Shown here one piece after another: positions 39,201-48,620 of a stretch of DNA of 64,000 nt (positions are counted from its first letter, which is position 1; every line of letters begins with the position of its first letter). The DNA is from Candidatus Latescibacterota bacterium (GTDB lineage: Bacteria > Latescibacterota > UBA2968 > UBA8231), in assembly GCA_965203355.1 (NCBI GenBank), contig OZ241889.1, positions 352,001-416,000 of the forward strand. Reading direction: 5' to 3'. The translations under genes were made by a program, and so were the position numbers. Below the pieces are notes generated by a model. That model did not search any database. It had not been told where the DNA came from and saw only the letters and a list, made by a program, of their open reading frames with translations.

Positions 39201-41549
39201 TTATCGGTTTTCAGTCGCCTGTTTGAGCACTCGGCTGCGCTCGTACAACTCGGCTAAATCCATCTCTCTGAGGAACACCAAGCCCCGCGTGGCGCGAATC
39301 AGGGGGCTGGGGTGTTCTTGAAACCACTCGCGGCCGAGGCACGTTTTGATTTTTTGGTACTGCTCCACCTGCACTCGGCGCGCCAGCTCGGAGAACGGGC
39401 CGTCGTGTTCGTAGCTGGGGAACGAAGCGTCGCGCTGCGAAATAAAATTGCTCATAAACGCGCTCTGCATGACCGAGAGCATGTTGAGCGAGACCGGCAC
39501 AAAAATGTTGGCCTCGCTGGGATCGAAGCGATACCACACATTGCGATAGCCCCACACCTTGACCGGCGCGTCTTTGCGCTGCTGCTCGTAGCGGCGCAGA
39601 GCCTCGGTGACGGCCTGCAACACCTTGTAGTGGGTGTCCGGGCCGCTGGCCTCCGGGTCCAGTGCCACGCTGACCACATCGGGCGCGACTTCTTCAAGGA
39701 GCGCGAGCACGGGCAACACGTCGCCTTCTACCGTTGGATCCTCGGTAAAAAGGTCGCCCGTGTAAAACCCAAGGCGCAAGTGCTTGACGCTGGTGCAGTC
39801 CCATCCGAGATAACCCCACGTGCATTCGGCCTCCCATTCCCTACACAAGCCCTTGAGGGTCTGCACGTGCGGCGCGTCCTTTTGCCCGGGATAGCGGCTG
39901 GCAAAATAGGCCGCCAACTCGGCGAGCCGCGCCTCAATGCCCTCGCGGTCCTCGACGCCATACAGCGCGACGAGGTTCCGCAAAAAGCGCCGCGCCATCC
40001 CCTCATCGCACATCTGTGCATCATCGGCAGCCACTCCGTCGAGATACAGCCAAACATCGCGGTTGCGGCCGTGTTCATAGCTCGGCGCAAAGTAGTCTTC
40101 GTCGAGTAGGGCCGCGCACTCGTCCCGAGGCAAGAAGCACCGCAGCCGCTCAATGTGGTCCTCGATGAATCGGTTCGTCACCGCCGTGAAGCCGCCGGTG
40201 AAGCAGACGAAGTAATGCACATTCGTGGCGTCGCGCACGTGGCGGACGATATAGGGCAGATAGCCCAGCATCAGGTCGTCGTGGTGCGGCTCGGTGTGGA
40301 GGAAGCGCGTGGCGGCAAGGGTTTGGCAACCTCGCTCAATTTTGCCGATCAAGCGGTCGCGCACCCTGTGCGTCAGGGTCTCAACCGATTCGGTGCGCCG
40401 CTGCAAAAGCACCGCGCCCAGCTCGTCCTGCGCCAGTTCGGCCTCGGTCAAATCGACGACCTGCTTGCCCAATTTGCTGGCGATTTCGACGACGATCTTT
40501 TCCACCGCTTCGCTGTCGATGGCCTGTTGCTGCTGCAAGAGCACTCGCTGCCGCACCCGCAGCAACTGGGCGGCGCCGCGCGTGATGTAAAATCGCGCCC
40601 CGGGCAAGCGATGCAGAGCCGAGCCCGGATAGCGCACGTCAGCCGCTTCCTCAATGGCGGCGGCGACAATGCCCGCCTTGGCTTCGCCCGCGGCGATAAT
40701 TATGGCGCAGGCATCGGGACGGGCCGCGATGGTGCCGAGGCCGATGGTAATGACCAACCGCTTGCGCGCCACCTCCATGCCGCCTAAATCGGCGGCCGCA
40801 GCCGCTTGCGTCTCGTAGTTGACCTCGGTCAGCCGCGTCGTCGAGAAGTGGTCTGAGCCGCGCACGTTGAAGCCAATGTGCCCGTCTGGGCCAATACCGC
40901 CCAAAAAGAAGCCAATGCCGCCCAAGGCGCGAATTCGCTCCTCGTATTCCAAGCACCACTGGTCGATCCTTTGCAGCGCGTCTTGCTGCACTTGCTCCAA
41001 CTGGGTGCACGCAGGCCGGTAGCGCAGCGACAAGTCAACCGCGCCATCGGGCCACACATCGGCGAGGGTCTGGCCGGGCGGCAGGCCGATCTCAGCGCAG
41101 TTGATCAGCAGTGCTTTGGCCGGGTCGAGCCCAAAGCCGCCGATGTAGAAGCGATTCACATAGCTATAGAAGCTGTTGTCTTGCTGGGGGTCCATTGGAT
41201 AGAACTCGTCGATCTGCACAAAGTGCAGCCCGCGCAGGTCCGGTTTGCGCGCTGGATCAACGCCAGCTTCTGCGAGCGTGCGCTGGACCTCGGCTTCGTC
41301 CCAATGCCGCACCAGCCGCTCGACCCAGCGGATGAAGTACTGGGGCGTTTTGCCCGTCGGCAGCGAGATCGCGCCTTCGGGATGCTCCTGCACCCATTCG
41401 ATGAAGCGCATCGCCGCCAGCTTGCCCAGCCCCGGGAAGTTCTCCACCACAATGGTTGTGATCTTTTCGGTCGGCGGATAGAGCGCGTCAAAGGGCGAGG
41501 CCGCTACGACGCGGTGTTCGACCGAGGTAAGGTCGTTGGTATGTGCCAT
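39201..41549 (-). CDS. nagB: Glucosamine-6-phosphate deaminase fused to a PIG-L-like domain
   Basis: ISLPTGKTP, QIDEFY, LGGIGPDGHIGFN; C-terminal EPHHDD and DPEASGPDTH. Confidence 0.85.
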   Translation of the reverse strand: MAHTNDLTSVEHRVVAASPFDALYPPTEKITTIVVENFPGLGKLAAMRFIEWVQEHPEGAISLPTGKTPQYFIRWVERLVRHWDEAEVQRTLAEAGVDPARKPDLRGLHFVQIDEFYPMDPQQDNSFYSYVNRFYIGGFGLDPAKALLINCAEIGLPPGQTLADVWPDGAVDLSLRYRPACTQLEQVQQDALQRIDQWCLEYEERIRALGGIGFFLGGIGPDGHIGFNVRGSDHFSTTRLTEVNYETQAAAAADLGGMEVARKRLVITIGLGTIAARPDACAIIIAAGEAKAGIVAAAIEEAADVRYPGSALHRLPGARFYITRGAAQLLRVRQRVLLQQQQAIDSEAVEKIVVEIASKLGKQVVDLTEAELAQDELGAVLLQRRTESVETLTHRVRDRLIGKIERGCQTLAATRFLHTEPHHDDLMLGYLPYIVRHVRDATNVHYFVCFTGGFTAVTNRFIEDHIERLRCFLPRDECAALLDEDYFAPSYEHGRNRDVWLYLDGVAADDAQMCDEGMARRFLRNLVALYGVEDREGIEARLAELAAYFASRYPGQKDAPHVQTLKGLCREWEAECTWGYLGWDCTSVKHLRLGFYTGDLFTEDPTVEGDVLPVLALLEEVAPDVVSVALDPEASGPDTHYKVLQAVTEALRRYEQQRKDAPVKVWGYRNVWYRFDPSEANIFVPVSLNMLSVMQSAFMSNFISQRDASFPSYEHDGPFSELARRVQVEQYQKIKTCLGREWFQEHPSPLIRATRGLVFLREMDLAELYERSRVLKQATENR

Positions 41550-41609
41550 CGCTTAGCTCCTCTCTCGGATGACCCGTACAGTGAAAATAAGAAAACAGGC
41601 CACCCGTGC

Positions 41610-41955
41610 CGTAGGTGGGGCTAGGTTTGAACGATTTGACCAAGCTCGGCGATTGGACCCGCACCAAGTACATGCCGCTGGCAACTTGAGCACCCCCGTC
41701 CGAGATTCCGTCCCAAGTAACCGAGTAGAACCCAGGCTTGGCATCCTTTTCAGAGAGCAGGCGTCGGACGAACTGGCCGGTGATGGAATAAATAGCCACC
41801 TCAACCCGTCCTGGTTCGTTCAGGTGATAGCGCAGACTCACCGACGAGTTGAATGGGTTGGGATAGGCCCCTTCAGCCGCCTCGACGGCCGCTGGCGGTG
41901 CTGGCGGCGTCGACGAGGGGCAATCGGGATCTTCTTTGAGCTTGAAAGAGGGCAT
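41610..41955 (-). pseudogene. Orphan FlgD-Ig/T9SS-like C-terminal domain remnant
   Basis: AYPNPFNSSVSLRY...VEVAIYSITGQFVRRL...SVTWDG..DGG.QVASGMYLVR, with no N-terminal body or signal peptide. Confidence 0.7.
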
Positions 41956-41973
41956 TCCATGTGGACGCTTACG

Positions 41974-43065
41974 TTAAGAAACTCTTAGCATTTCTCGATT
42001 GTGTCCGTATTTTTTAAGTAACCTTTTAGAATATTCGATAGCACTTTCTTTGGAAGCATGACACTCAATATAGAGATCATTTTTTAGCTTTCTCGGAACG
42101 AAGAAATCTTTACCTGATGGATGTTTAGGTTTGCGATCAATTAACACTCGTTTGTCGCCTCGGCTTACATCAACAGGACAGTCTGACGGTTTCAGTTCTC
42201 CTTTGTCAATAAGCCAGTTAGCAGTATTTACCAATATTTCAAAAACATATCTCAATTCATAATGCACATCACCAATCTGCATCCTGCCCTTAGTTTGGTT
42301 TCCGGTCTTGGCGTTAGATTGTTTTGTCGATAACGGATCTATTTCTTGCTGTTCAGGGGAGAGTATCCACTTTTCCTGATGTGAGTGAATAAACTGCGGA
42401 ATTTTCTCAACGTCAACCTCCTCTAACCGGAAGCCACAAATGTCCTCGGTCGTTTCTTTTAGTAGCTCTACCAGTAATGAATCGCAATCGCAGTCCTTAA
42501 TGATTCTATTCCACGCTTTGGACAGGTTTTCTCTGAAAGCCTTCTCCTTTTGGCATCTCTCCAGAATGGACTCGGCGTGTTGGACCGCTTTTCCAGATCC
42601 AACATTCTCCCGAGAAAGCAAACGATCAAATATATCAACTATATCAACGACATCCTTTTCTTGCTTCAAAATGTCCAGGTTGTAAAGTCTGAGATCATTC
42701 CAATCACAATCTTTCGTGGTGACAAGGTAGAACCACCACGAAATCCCATTGGTTAAAACAGCTAAAGCAACGCCTGCGTGAAAGGAATAATCGAGGAGTT
42801 GTTCCTGATGCCTGTATAAGTTTTCCCCCGGTTTTTTAGCTTCAATGAAAACTTTGTTCTCACCATTGACCTGTAAGGCGTAATCAACTCTTCGTTCTCC
42901 AACACCATACTCTTGCTTGATCTCGTCACCGTAAACATCCCAACCCAGCAGACCCAAGATACGTTGAATGATCCTGCGTTTGGCATCTTCTTCATTTAAT
43001 AAGGTAAAAATACTGGAATCTTTTTTAATTTCTCTTAGACAATCTTCCAACGTTGATGCTGGCAT
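41974..43065 (-). CDS. HsdR_N-type PD-(D/E)xK nuclease with an accessory C-terminal domain
   Basis: NEEDAK...LLGWD...EY..GERRVDYAL...FIEAKK...QLLDY...AVLTNG..W; low GC. Confidence 0.85.
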   Translation of the reverse strand: MPASTLEDCLREIKKDSSIFTLLNEEDAKRRIIQRILGLLGWDVYGDEIKQEYGVGERRVDYALQVNGENKVFIEAKKPGENLYRHQEQLLDYSFHAGVALAVLTNGISWWFYLVTTKDCDWNDLRLYNLDILKQEKDVVDIVDIFDRLLSRENVGSGKAVQHAESILERCQKEKAFRENLSKAWNRIIKDCDCDSLLVELLKETTEDICGFRLEEVDVEKIPQFIHSHQEKWILSPEQQEIDPLSTKQSNAKTGNQTKGRMQIGDVHYELRYVFEILVNTANWLIDKGELKPSDCPVDVSRGDKRVLIDRKPKHPSGKDFFVPRKLKNDLYIECHASKESAIEYSKRLLKKYGHNREMLRVS

Positions 43066-43118
43066 AATTCTCTCCCCTGTCATATTACAAATCCTTCCAG
43101 TCTAAGGCGGTCATCGCA

Positions 43119-44156
43119 TCACGGAGCCGGTAGGTGGTATCCATCCTTGCCGACTGTTATCTTGGCCAAAATGCCGCGGTTTTCCGGCGGTGCGCCCCCG
43201 CCATAAGTGACGTAGAGCGTCTTGCTCGCCACGCCGCGGCCAAACGCCACATTGGTCGGGACTTCAGGCGTGGGGATATAGGCCAATTCCTCGCCATTGG
43301 GCGCATACACCACAATGCCCGGGCGCGTCACATCCCGCACCGCCACGTACAGATTGCCCTCGACATCCGCGACTAGACCGTCCGGCCCGTCTTCGGGATA
43401 GTAATTGACGAGCACCTCGCGGAATGTGGCCGTACCATCGGGATGCAGATCGTACGCCAACAACGCCATCCGCCCCTTGTGCGCTGGCGTACCTTCCAAA
43501 CGGAAAATCCCCGTGTTGCCGTTGTCGTTGCTCACCACGTAGAGCGACTGCTGGTCCGGGGACACGCAGACGCCATTGGGCTTGCCAGCGTCGGTAATGA
43601 TCCGCTCAATGGTGCCGTCCGGGTCAATGCGATAGACTGCCATCACCGGCTGATCGAGCGGCTCGTGGCCGAGGTAGCGGGGGTCACTGAAATAGATGCG
43701 GCCCTTTTCGTCGATGGAAATATCGTTAGGCGCGTTAAAGGGGCGACCCTCGTACAACCCGGCGATGATCTCGGCCTTGCCGGTTGTAAGGTCGGTGCGC
43801 GTCACGCGCTGCCCCCCAAAATCCGCTCCTTCAGCCGCGATCAGCCGACCCACCGCGTCGAACTTGAGGCCGTTGGACATGCCGCTGGGCGAGCGAAAAA
43901 TCGCGGTCTGGCCGGTTTTGGGATCGTAACGCCAAATGTGCCCGGCCTGCATCCCCGATTCCATGGAAAAGGTAATGTCGCTGAAGTAAACCGAGCCATC
44001 AAAGGCCACGGCCGGCCCCTCGGAAAAGAACGCGCCATCAAAAAGCACTTCGAGCTTGGCACCTAGAGGTACAATCGACCGATCGCCCGTTGGCTCTTGG
44101 GCAAGGGCCGTGCTGGCCACCAAGGCCAGCGCGATGGTGGCGAGACGTTGCATCAT
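43119..44156 (-). CDS. SMP-30/gluconolactonase family protein, exported
   Basis: FSEGP, SNGL, FNAPND, PNGV, GPDGL, PTNVAFG; signal peptide. Confidence 0.92.
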   Translation of the reverse strand: MMQRLATIALALVASTALAQEPTGDRSIVPLGAKLEVLFDGAFFSEGPAVAFDGSVYFSDITFSMESGMQAGHIWRYDPKTGQTAIFRSPSGMSNGLKFDAVGRLIAAEGADFGGQRVTRTDLTTGKAEIIAGLYEGRPFNAPNDISIDEKGRIYFSDPRYLGHEPLDQPVMAVYRIDPDGTIERIITDAGKPNGVCVSPDQQSLYVVSNDNGNTGIFRLEGTPAHKGRMALLAYDLHPDGTATFREVLVNYYPEDGPDGLVADVEGNLYVAVRDVTRPGIVVYAPNGEELAYIPTPEVPTNVAFGRGVASKTLYVTYGGGAPPENRGILAKITVGKDGYHLPAP

Positions 44157-44181
44157 GGTATCGCTCCTTGGAATGTGGGAG

Positions 44182-45708
44182 TCAGGAAAACACCGCATCG
44201 TACAGCCGCCGGACGCCTTGGCAATGCGCCGCTAAGACGGCCTCCAGCGGCTCGTCTAGGGCCATCAGTTCGGTTAGGATTTGGCGGGCTTCCTCCTCTT
44301 CGGGCACCGCGTACACCGGCTGAGCCTCGTGAATTTGCAGCAAGTTCTCTAGCTGCCGCAAAAAGCGGTAGGCCTCCTTTAGGGTCTGGGCGTCCGCGGC
44401 AGCGAGCAATTCGGCCCGCCGCAGGTGCTCAATCGCCGCCAAAGTATTGTGGGAGCGGATTTGGGGCTGAGTGTGGCCGTTGAGTAGTTGCAGGCACTGG
44501 ACGATGAACTCAATGTCGCGGATGCCCCCAGGCTGGAGCTTGATGTTGTTGTCGCCGGCCCTGCTCGCTATCTCGGCCTCGATGCGCTGCTTGACGCGGG
44601 CAATCTCTCGACGCGGGCTTACTGGGAAATGGTCTGGAAAGACAAAAGGGACCAACATCTGACGAAAGCGCTGCCACACTTGGGTTGAGCCAGCGACGCG
44701 GCGGGCCTTAATCAGCATCTGGCGCTCCCACAACTCGCCTCGTTCTTCGTAGTAGCTCAAGTAGCCGGCCAAGGGGCGCACTAAGGCTCCATCCATTCCG
44801 TCGGGCCGCAACCGCATGTCGACGCGATAAAAAAATCCCTCCGCCGTCATCGCGGTCAACAACTGGATCAGCCGCTCGCCCAAGCGCCGAAAAAACTGGC
44901 CGTTATCGACTGAATAGCCACCGCACGGCGCGCACGTTTGGCCTTCTTCATCATAGATGAACAACAAATCGACATCCGAGCTGTAGTTGAGCTCTTGGCC
45001 GCCGTACTTGCCCAAGCCCACCACGCAGAACTTAGCCGGCCGGCCGCACTCGTCCAGCGGTCGGCCCCAGCGCGGCAGCAGCTCTTCCCAAGCCCACTTT
45101 AGGGCCTGATCGACTATCCCGTCGGCCAAGTCGGCCAATTCGCGGCCGACCTGCCGCACGTCTTTCATGCCCAGCACTTGGGCCGTGCCCAACCGCAGCA
45201 ACTCGCGCCGCTGGAATCGGTACAAATCCGTTAGGGGATCGTCGCTATCCGTCGCTTCGACTAGCGCACGGCGCAGGGCGGAGAGGGGCAGGGACTGGCT
45301 CAGGTGGGGCGTCTCTACCAGCAGCCAATAGAGGTACGCCGGGTCGCGCACCAGTACGTCGGTCAAAAAGCCGCTATAGCCCAAAATTTGCGCCAACTGC
45401 TGCCCCAAGACCGGGGTGTCGTTGGTCCGGTGATGCAGCGTCGTAATCCCACCCGCTCGGTGCAAGAACCGCTCCAACCGCCGCAGCGCTTGGTCGGGCT
45501 GGACGGCTTGGCTCACGGCTGCCAGCAGCGACACCGGCGGATCTAGGGCATAGGCTGGCCCCGCCAAATCGACCAACAGGTCCAGTCGCCGCAGGGCCTC
45601 GTAGGGCTGATCAAAGCCCAACTGCGCTAGGGTATGGCACGCCGGCCCGCTCGCCTCTTCAAAGACTCGATGCGCTAGACGCTGGCTCTCTTGGAACGCC
45701 GGCATCAA
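44182..45708 (-). CDS. GlnE-like adenylyltransferase with a single nucleotidyltransferase unit
   Basis: GLGKYGGQELNYSSDVDL, VDMRLRPDG, WERQMLIKAR, NIKLQPGGIRDIEF; only 508 aa. Confidence 0.85.
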   Translation of the reverse strand: MMPAFQESQRLAHRVFEEASGPACHTLAQLGFDQPYEALRRLDLLVDLAGPAYALDPPVSLLAAVSQAVQPDQALRRLERFLHRAGGITTLHHRTNDTPVLGQQLAQILGYSGFLTDVLVRDPAYLYWLLVETPHLSQSLPLSALRRALVEATDSDDPLTDLYRFQRRELLRLGTAQVLGMKDVRQVGRELADLADGIVDQALKWAWEELLPRWGRPLDECGRPAKFCVVGLGKYGGQELNYSSDVDLLFIYDEEGQTCAPCGGYSVDNGQFFRRLGERLIQLLTAMTAEGFFYRVDMRLRPDGMDGALVRPLAGYLSYYEERGELWERQMLIKARRVAGSTQVWQRFRQMLVPFVFPDHFPVSPRREIARVKQRIEAEIASRAGDNNIKLQPGGIRDIEFIVQCLQLLNGHTQPQIRSHNTLAAIEHLRRAELLAAADAQTLKEAYRFLRQLENLLQIHEAQPVYAVPEEEEARQILTELMALDEPLEAVLAAHCQGVRRLYDAVFS

Positions 45709-46918
45709 TCGCCTCCTTTAATACGCACGCGCTGGGTGGCCACGGATCCAGACAAGCGGCCGTCGGCCGCGGCCCAGTCGGTCGCCAGCGGAACGCATCA
45801 TACGACTGGTACTTCACGTCCAGCCACGGCGTCTCCAGCCGCTTGTACCCCTCGTAGCGCGACGTCAGCGCCGCTTCGAGAATGCCGCTGGTCAGCAAGG
45901 TGCGCTCGACCGGGTACTGGGCTGCGCCGCTCAGGAACATCTCTTCGACGTTGAGCGACAGATAGCTAAAATGCGCGTAGGCCCCTTCCTCCCCGCCGTG
46001 CCCTTGGGTGTGGAACTCACAGGCCTGTACCTCGCCGCCGACGCGCGCCGCGTACGCCAAATCCCGGACATAGCCGTTGAGCATGAGCACGGCACCCCGC
46101 AATCCGTCGCGGTACTCCACCGCAAAAAGCGCTGGATTTTGGCAGTGCTGCTCCACCGTCCCCGCGGGCTTGTCGGCAATAGTCGCGCAAGCGGCCTCGG
46201 CGAGTGCCCGCGACCACAAGCCCTCGTCGGCCGCACGCCACACAGCCTCCCCCTCCAAACAGGTCACCGCCGCCACGCCCGTCTCGCCGCCACGCCGCCG
46301 CTCGACCATGCACTGGAGCACTTCGAGGGTGTGGAACCCATAGATATCCAGCCCGGAAAACCCAATTGCTACGGCCTCTTCCACCGGGGTCTCCAACTCG
46401 TGTTCAACCCAAGGCTGTCGCCAACACACCGGCAGCGAAGACCCACCCATAAACGCCGCTCCCACCGCCTGCGCCCGTTGGTACATCCACAGCGCATCGG
46501 TCCAGCTATAGGACAAGTGCTTGTCGTTGAACACCGGCACCCCCCGCTTCGACGTCGCCATCACCCCGCAGATTTGCTCCATGAAGTAACGGCGCGGATA
46601 AAGCTGCTGCTCCTTTTCGTTCCAAGCGTAGTCCCCGTGCTCGCCAATGGACAGCACCCCATCCACCGCTAGCGCGCGCCCCCCCAGACACAGTGCCGCT
46701 GAGATGCTGTTAAAAATCGGCACTCCGTGCTCTTGGGCCATCGCCCGTCCCATGTCGTTTTCGGGAAACTGGTCAATGTACATCGACGCAATCTCGACCC
46801 TCGGCGCACACAAGCCCTCGTCCGTGGGAAAGCCCTTGAGGAACTTGGAGACGATCACGTCGGCGTGCGACCTGGGGCGGTATTCGGTGAGGATCGCCGC
46901 GATTTTCTTTTTGCTCAT
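45659..46918 (-). CDS. Hypothetical protein (Gfo/Idh/MocA-like oxidoreductase fold possible)
   Basis: SHADVI, AVDGVL.IGEHGDY, PVFNDKHL, YGFHTLE.LQCMVERRRGGETG. Confidence 0.7.
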   Translation of the reverse strand: MSKKKIAAILTEYRPRSHADVIVSKFLKGFPTDEGLCAPRVEIASMYIDQFPENDMGRAMAQEHGVPIFNSISAALCLGGRALAVDGVLSIGEHGDYAWNEKEQQLYPRRYFMEQICGVMATSKRGVPVFNDKHLSYSWTDALWMYQRAQAVGAAFMGGSSLPVCWRQPWVEHELETPVEEAVAIGFSGLDIYGFHTLEVLQCMVERRRGGETGVAAVTCLEGEAVWRAADEGLWSRALAEAACATIADKPAGTVEQHCQNPALFAVEYRDGLRGAVLMLNGYVRDLAYAARVGGEVQACEFHTQGHGGEEGAYAHFSYLSLNVEEMFLSGAAQYPVERTLLTSGILEAALTSRYEGYKRLETPWLDVKYQSYDAFRWRPTGPRPTAACLDPWPPSACVLKEAIDAGVPREPASSASSL

Positions 46919-46928
46919 CTGTATCCCA

Positions 46929-47891
46929 CTACTTGATCGCTGCCAACGCAGCAAACAACGCCTTGATGTACCCTATCGAGTACGCCAGCCCCCGCGTCAG
47001 TGCCCCCGCGTCCCCTTCTAGCGCCGGTATGTGGTCCGGGTTGATGCACCCGTCGAAACCCACCCGATCCAGCTCCAGCAGAATTTTGGCCATGTTCATG
47101 TCGCCGTCGTCGAGCAAGGTCTCCTCAAACCCACCGGCCGTGGCCAAGCTCCCGCGTACATTGCGCAAATGCACCATGAAAATCCGGCCCTTGCGCCCGT
47201 AGTTGTGTACCTCGTCGAGCACTAAGGGCAAGCCCCCGGCCTCGGCGCGGGTGCCGCAACAGTAGAGGTACCCAACTTGGCGGCTGGGGAAGGCGTCAAT
47301 GACCTTGTGAAAGCCCAAACCGCCCAGCGGCGTATCCGGCAGCGGCGAGTCCGAAGGATGGATTGCCAGCTTGATGTCGCGGTCTTCGGCAATGGGCACC
47401 AAGCGCTCGTACACCGTGCAAAAGCGCGCCCACCAAGCGTCGAGCTGTTCTGGCGAAGGGGGGCCTTCGTCGCTCTCGACCAAGCCTCGGCTTTCGGCCC
47501 GATAGTGATAGCCGCCGCGCCGTGGCGAGTTCCAGCGCCGGAGCATCCAAGGAAACACATCGCCGTGAAATTGCTGCCGCGCAATGGGAGCACCAGCCTC
47601 GGCAAACACCTCCAAGGCCGCAGCCGCGTTCTCTAGCTCCTTTTCGCAGCCGTCCTCCCCCGATATGAACTTTGCGGTTATATCCGGTAGGGTCACGCGG
47701 TTGAAGTCCAGCCCCCAAGAGCGGATTTTTTTTCTTATTTTTATTACGGCGTCCAAGTCGGGATAGCCCTGCTCTTTGACCCCAGGGAAGTAATCGCCCG
47801 CGCCAAAGTCCAAACAATCGACCCCGAGTTGGGTGACGTAGCGCAGATACGATTCCGACAAATCGCCGTGCCAAACGGATATTTTGAACAT
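46929..47891 (-). CDS. uxuA: Mannonate dehydratase family protein
   Basis: LVPIAE...IKLAIHPSD.P, IFMVHLRNV, F.E...DDGD..M, PDH.P, AYSIGYIKAL. Confidence 0.82.
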   Translation of the reverse strand: MFKISVWHGDLSESYLRYVTQLGVDCLDFGAGDYFPGVKEQGYPDLDAVIKIRKKIRSWGLDFNRVTLPDITAKFISGEDGCEKELENAAAALEVFAEAGAPIARQQFHGDVFPWMLRRWNSPRRGGYHYRAESRGLVESDEGPPSPEQLDAWWARFCTVYERLVPIAEDRDIKLAIHPSDSPLPDTPLGGLGFHKVIDAFPSRQVGYLYCCGTRAEAGGLPLVLDEVHNYGRKGRIFMVHLRNVRGSLATAGGFEETLLDDGDMNMAKILLELDRVGFDGCINPDHIPALEGDAGALTRGLAYSIGYIKALFAALAAIK

Positions 47892-47977
47892 CGCTTGCCC
47901 TCCTTTTGCCGGGCACAAAATAGCCAAGTCCCCTCAAGCCAACAAGCAGTGCCGCTCTTGCCATAGGACGACAAAAC

Positions 47978-48388
47978 ATGCCAGCACAGCCTGCCGACTT
48001 CACGCTCACCTTAGACGTCCGCGACTACGAATGCGACTTACAGGGTATTGTCAACAACGCGATCTACCAACACTACCTCGAACACGCCCGCCACCAATAC
48101 TTGCAAAGCCTCGGCCTCAGCTTTGCCCGCTTCCACGAGCAGGGCCACGACTTGGTCCTCACGCGCGCAGAAATCGACTATAAGACCCCCCTCCGCAGCG
48201 GCGACCGCTTCACGGTCGAGTTGCGCTTGGAGCGGGAGAGCCGCCTGCGCTTTTGCTTTGTCCAAGATGTTTTCAGAGAAGCCGATGGCGCACACGTGCT
48301 GCACGGCCGCCTCATCGGCACCAGCCTCAACCGCGACGGGCAGCGCGGTTTTCCGCCTGAGATAGAGGAGCTATTGGCGGGTCGGTAA
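47978..48388 (+). CDS. Acyl-CoA thioesterase (4HBT/YbgC-like)
   Basis: VRDYECDLQGIVNNAIYQHYLEHAR. Confidence 0.92.
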   Translation: MPAQPADFTLTLDVRDYECDLQGIVNNAIYQHYLEHARHQYLQSLGLSFARFHEQGHDLVLTRAEIDYKTPLRSGDRFTVELRLERESRLRFCFVQDVFREADGAHVLHGRLIGTSLNRDGQRGFPPEIEELLAGR

Positions 48389-48620
48389 CGCGGCAATTCC
48401 AATCTCGCTTCTCCCAGCGCTTTAAGACGCCTTTCTGCTACTTTTGCGCGAGAAAGGGTATAAGGGTGCTACTTCCCAGACTTCTCACTCCTGTATCCTT
48501 TCCGCTACACTCCAGCCCCTCATAGCCCCTCCTCCCCCCTGAGCCACAGCCTTGGCATGAATATTGCAGCGTAGGCATTGCCCTCACCACTCTGAACCCG
48601 CGAATGCCTACTGGAGCGCC

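Noticed and set aside
39201-41549. NagB-PIG-L fusion as a novelty
   Set aside because: This long NagB architecture is already known, e.g. in Bacteroidota.
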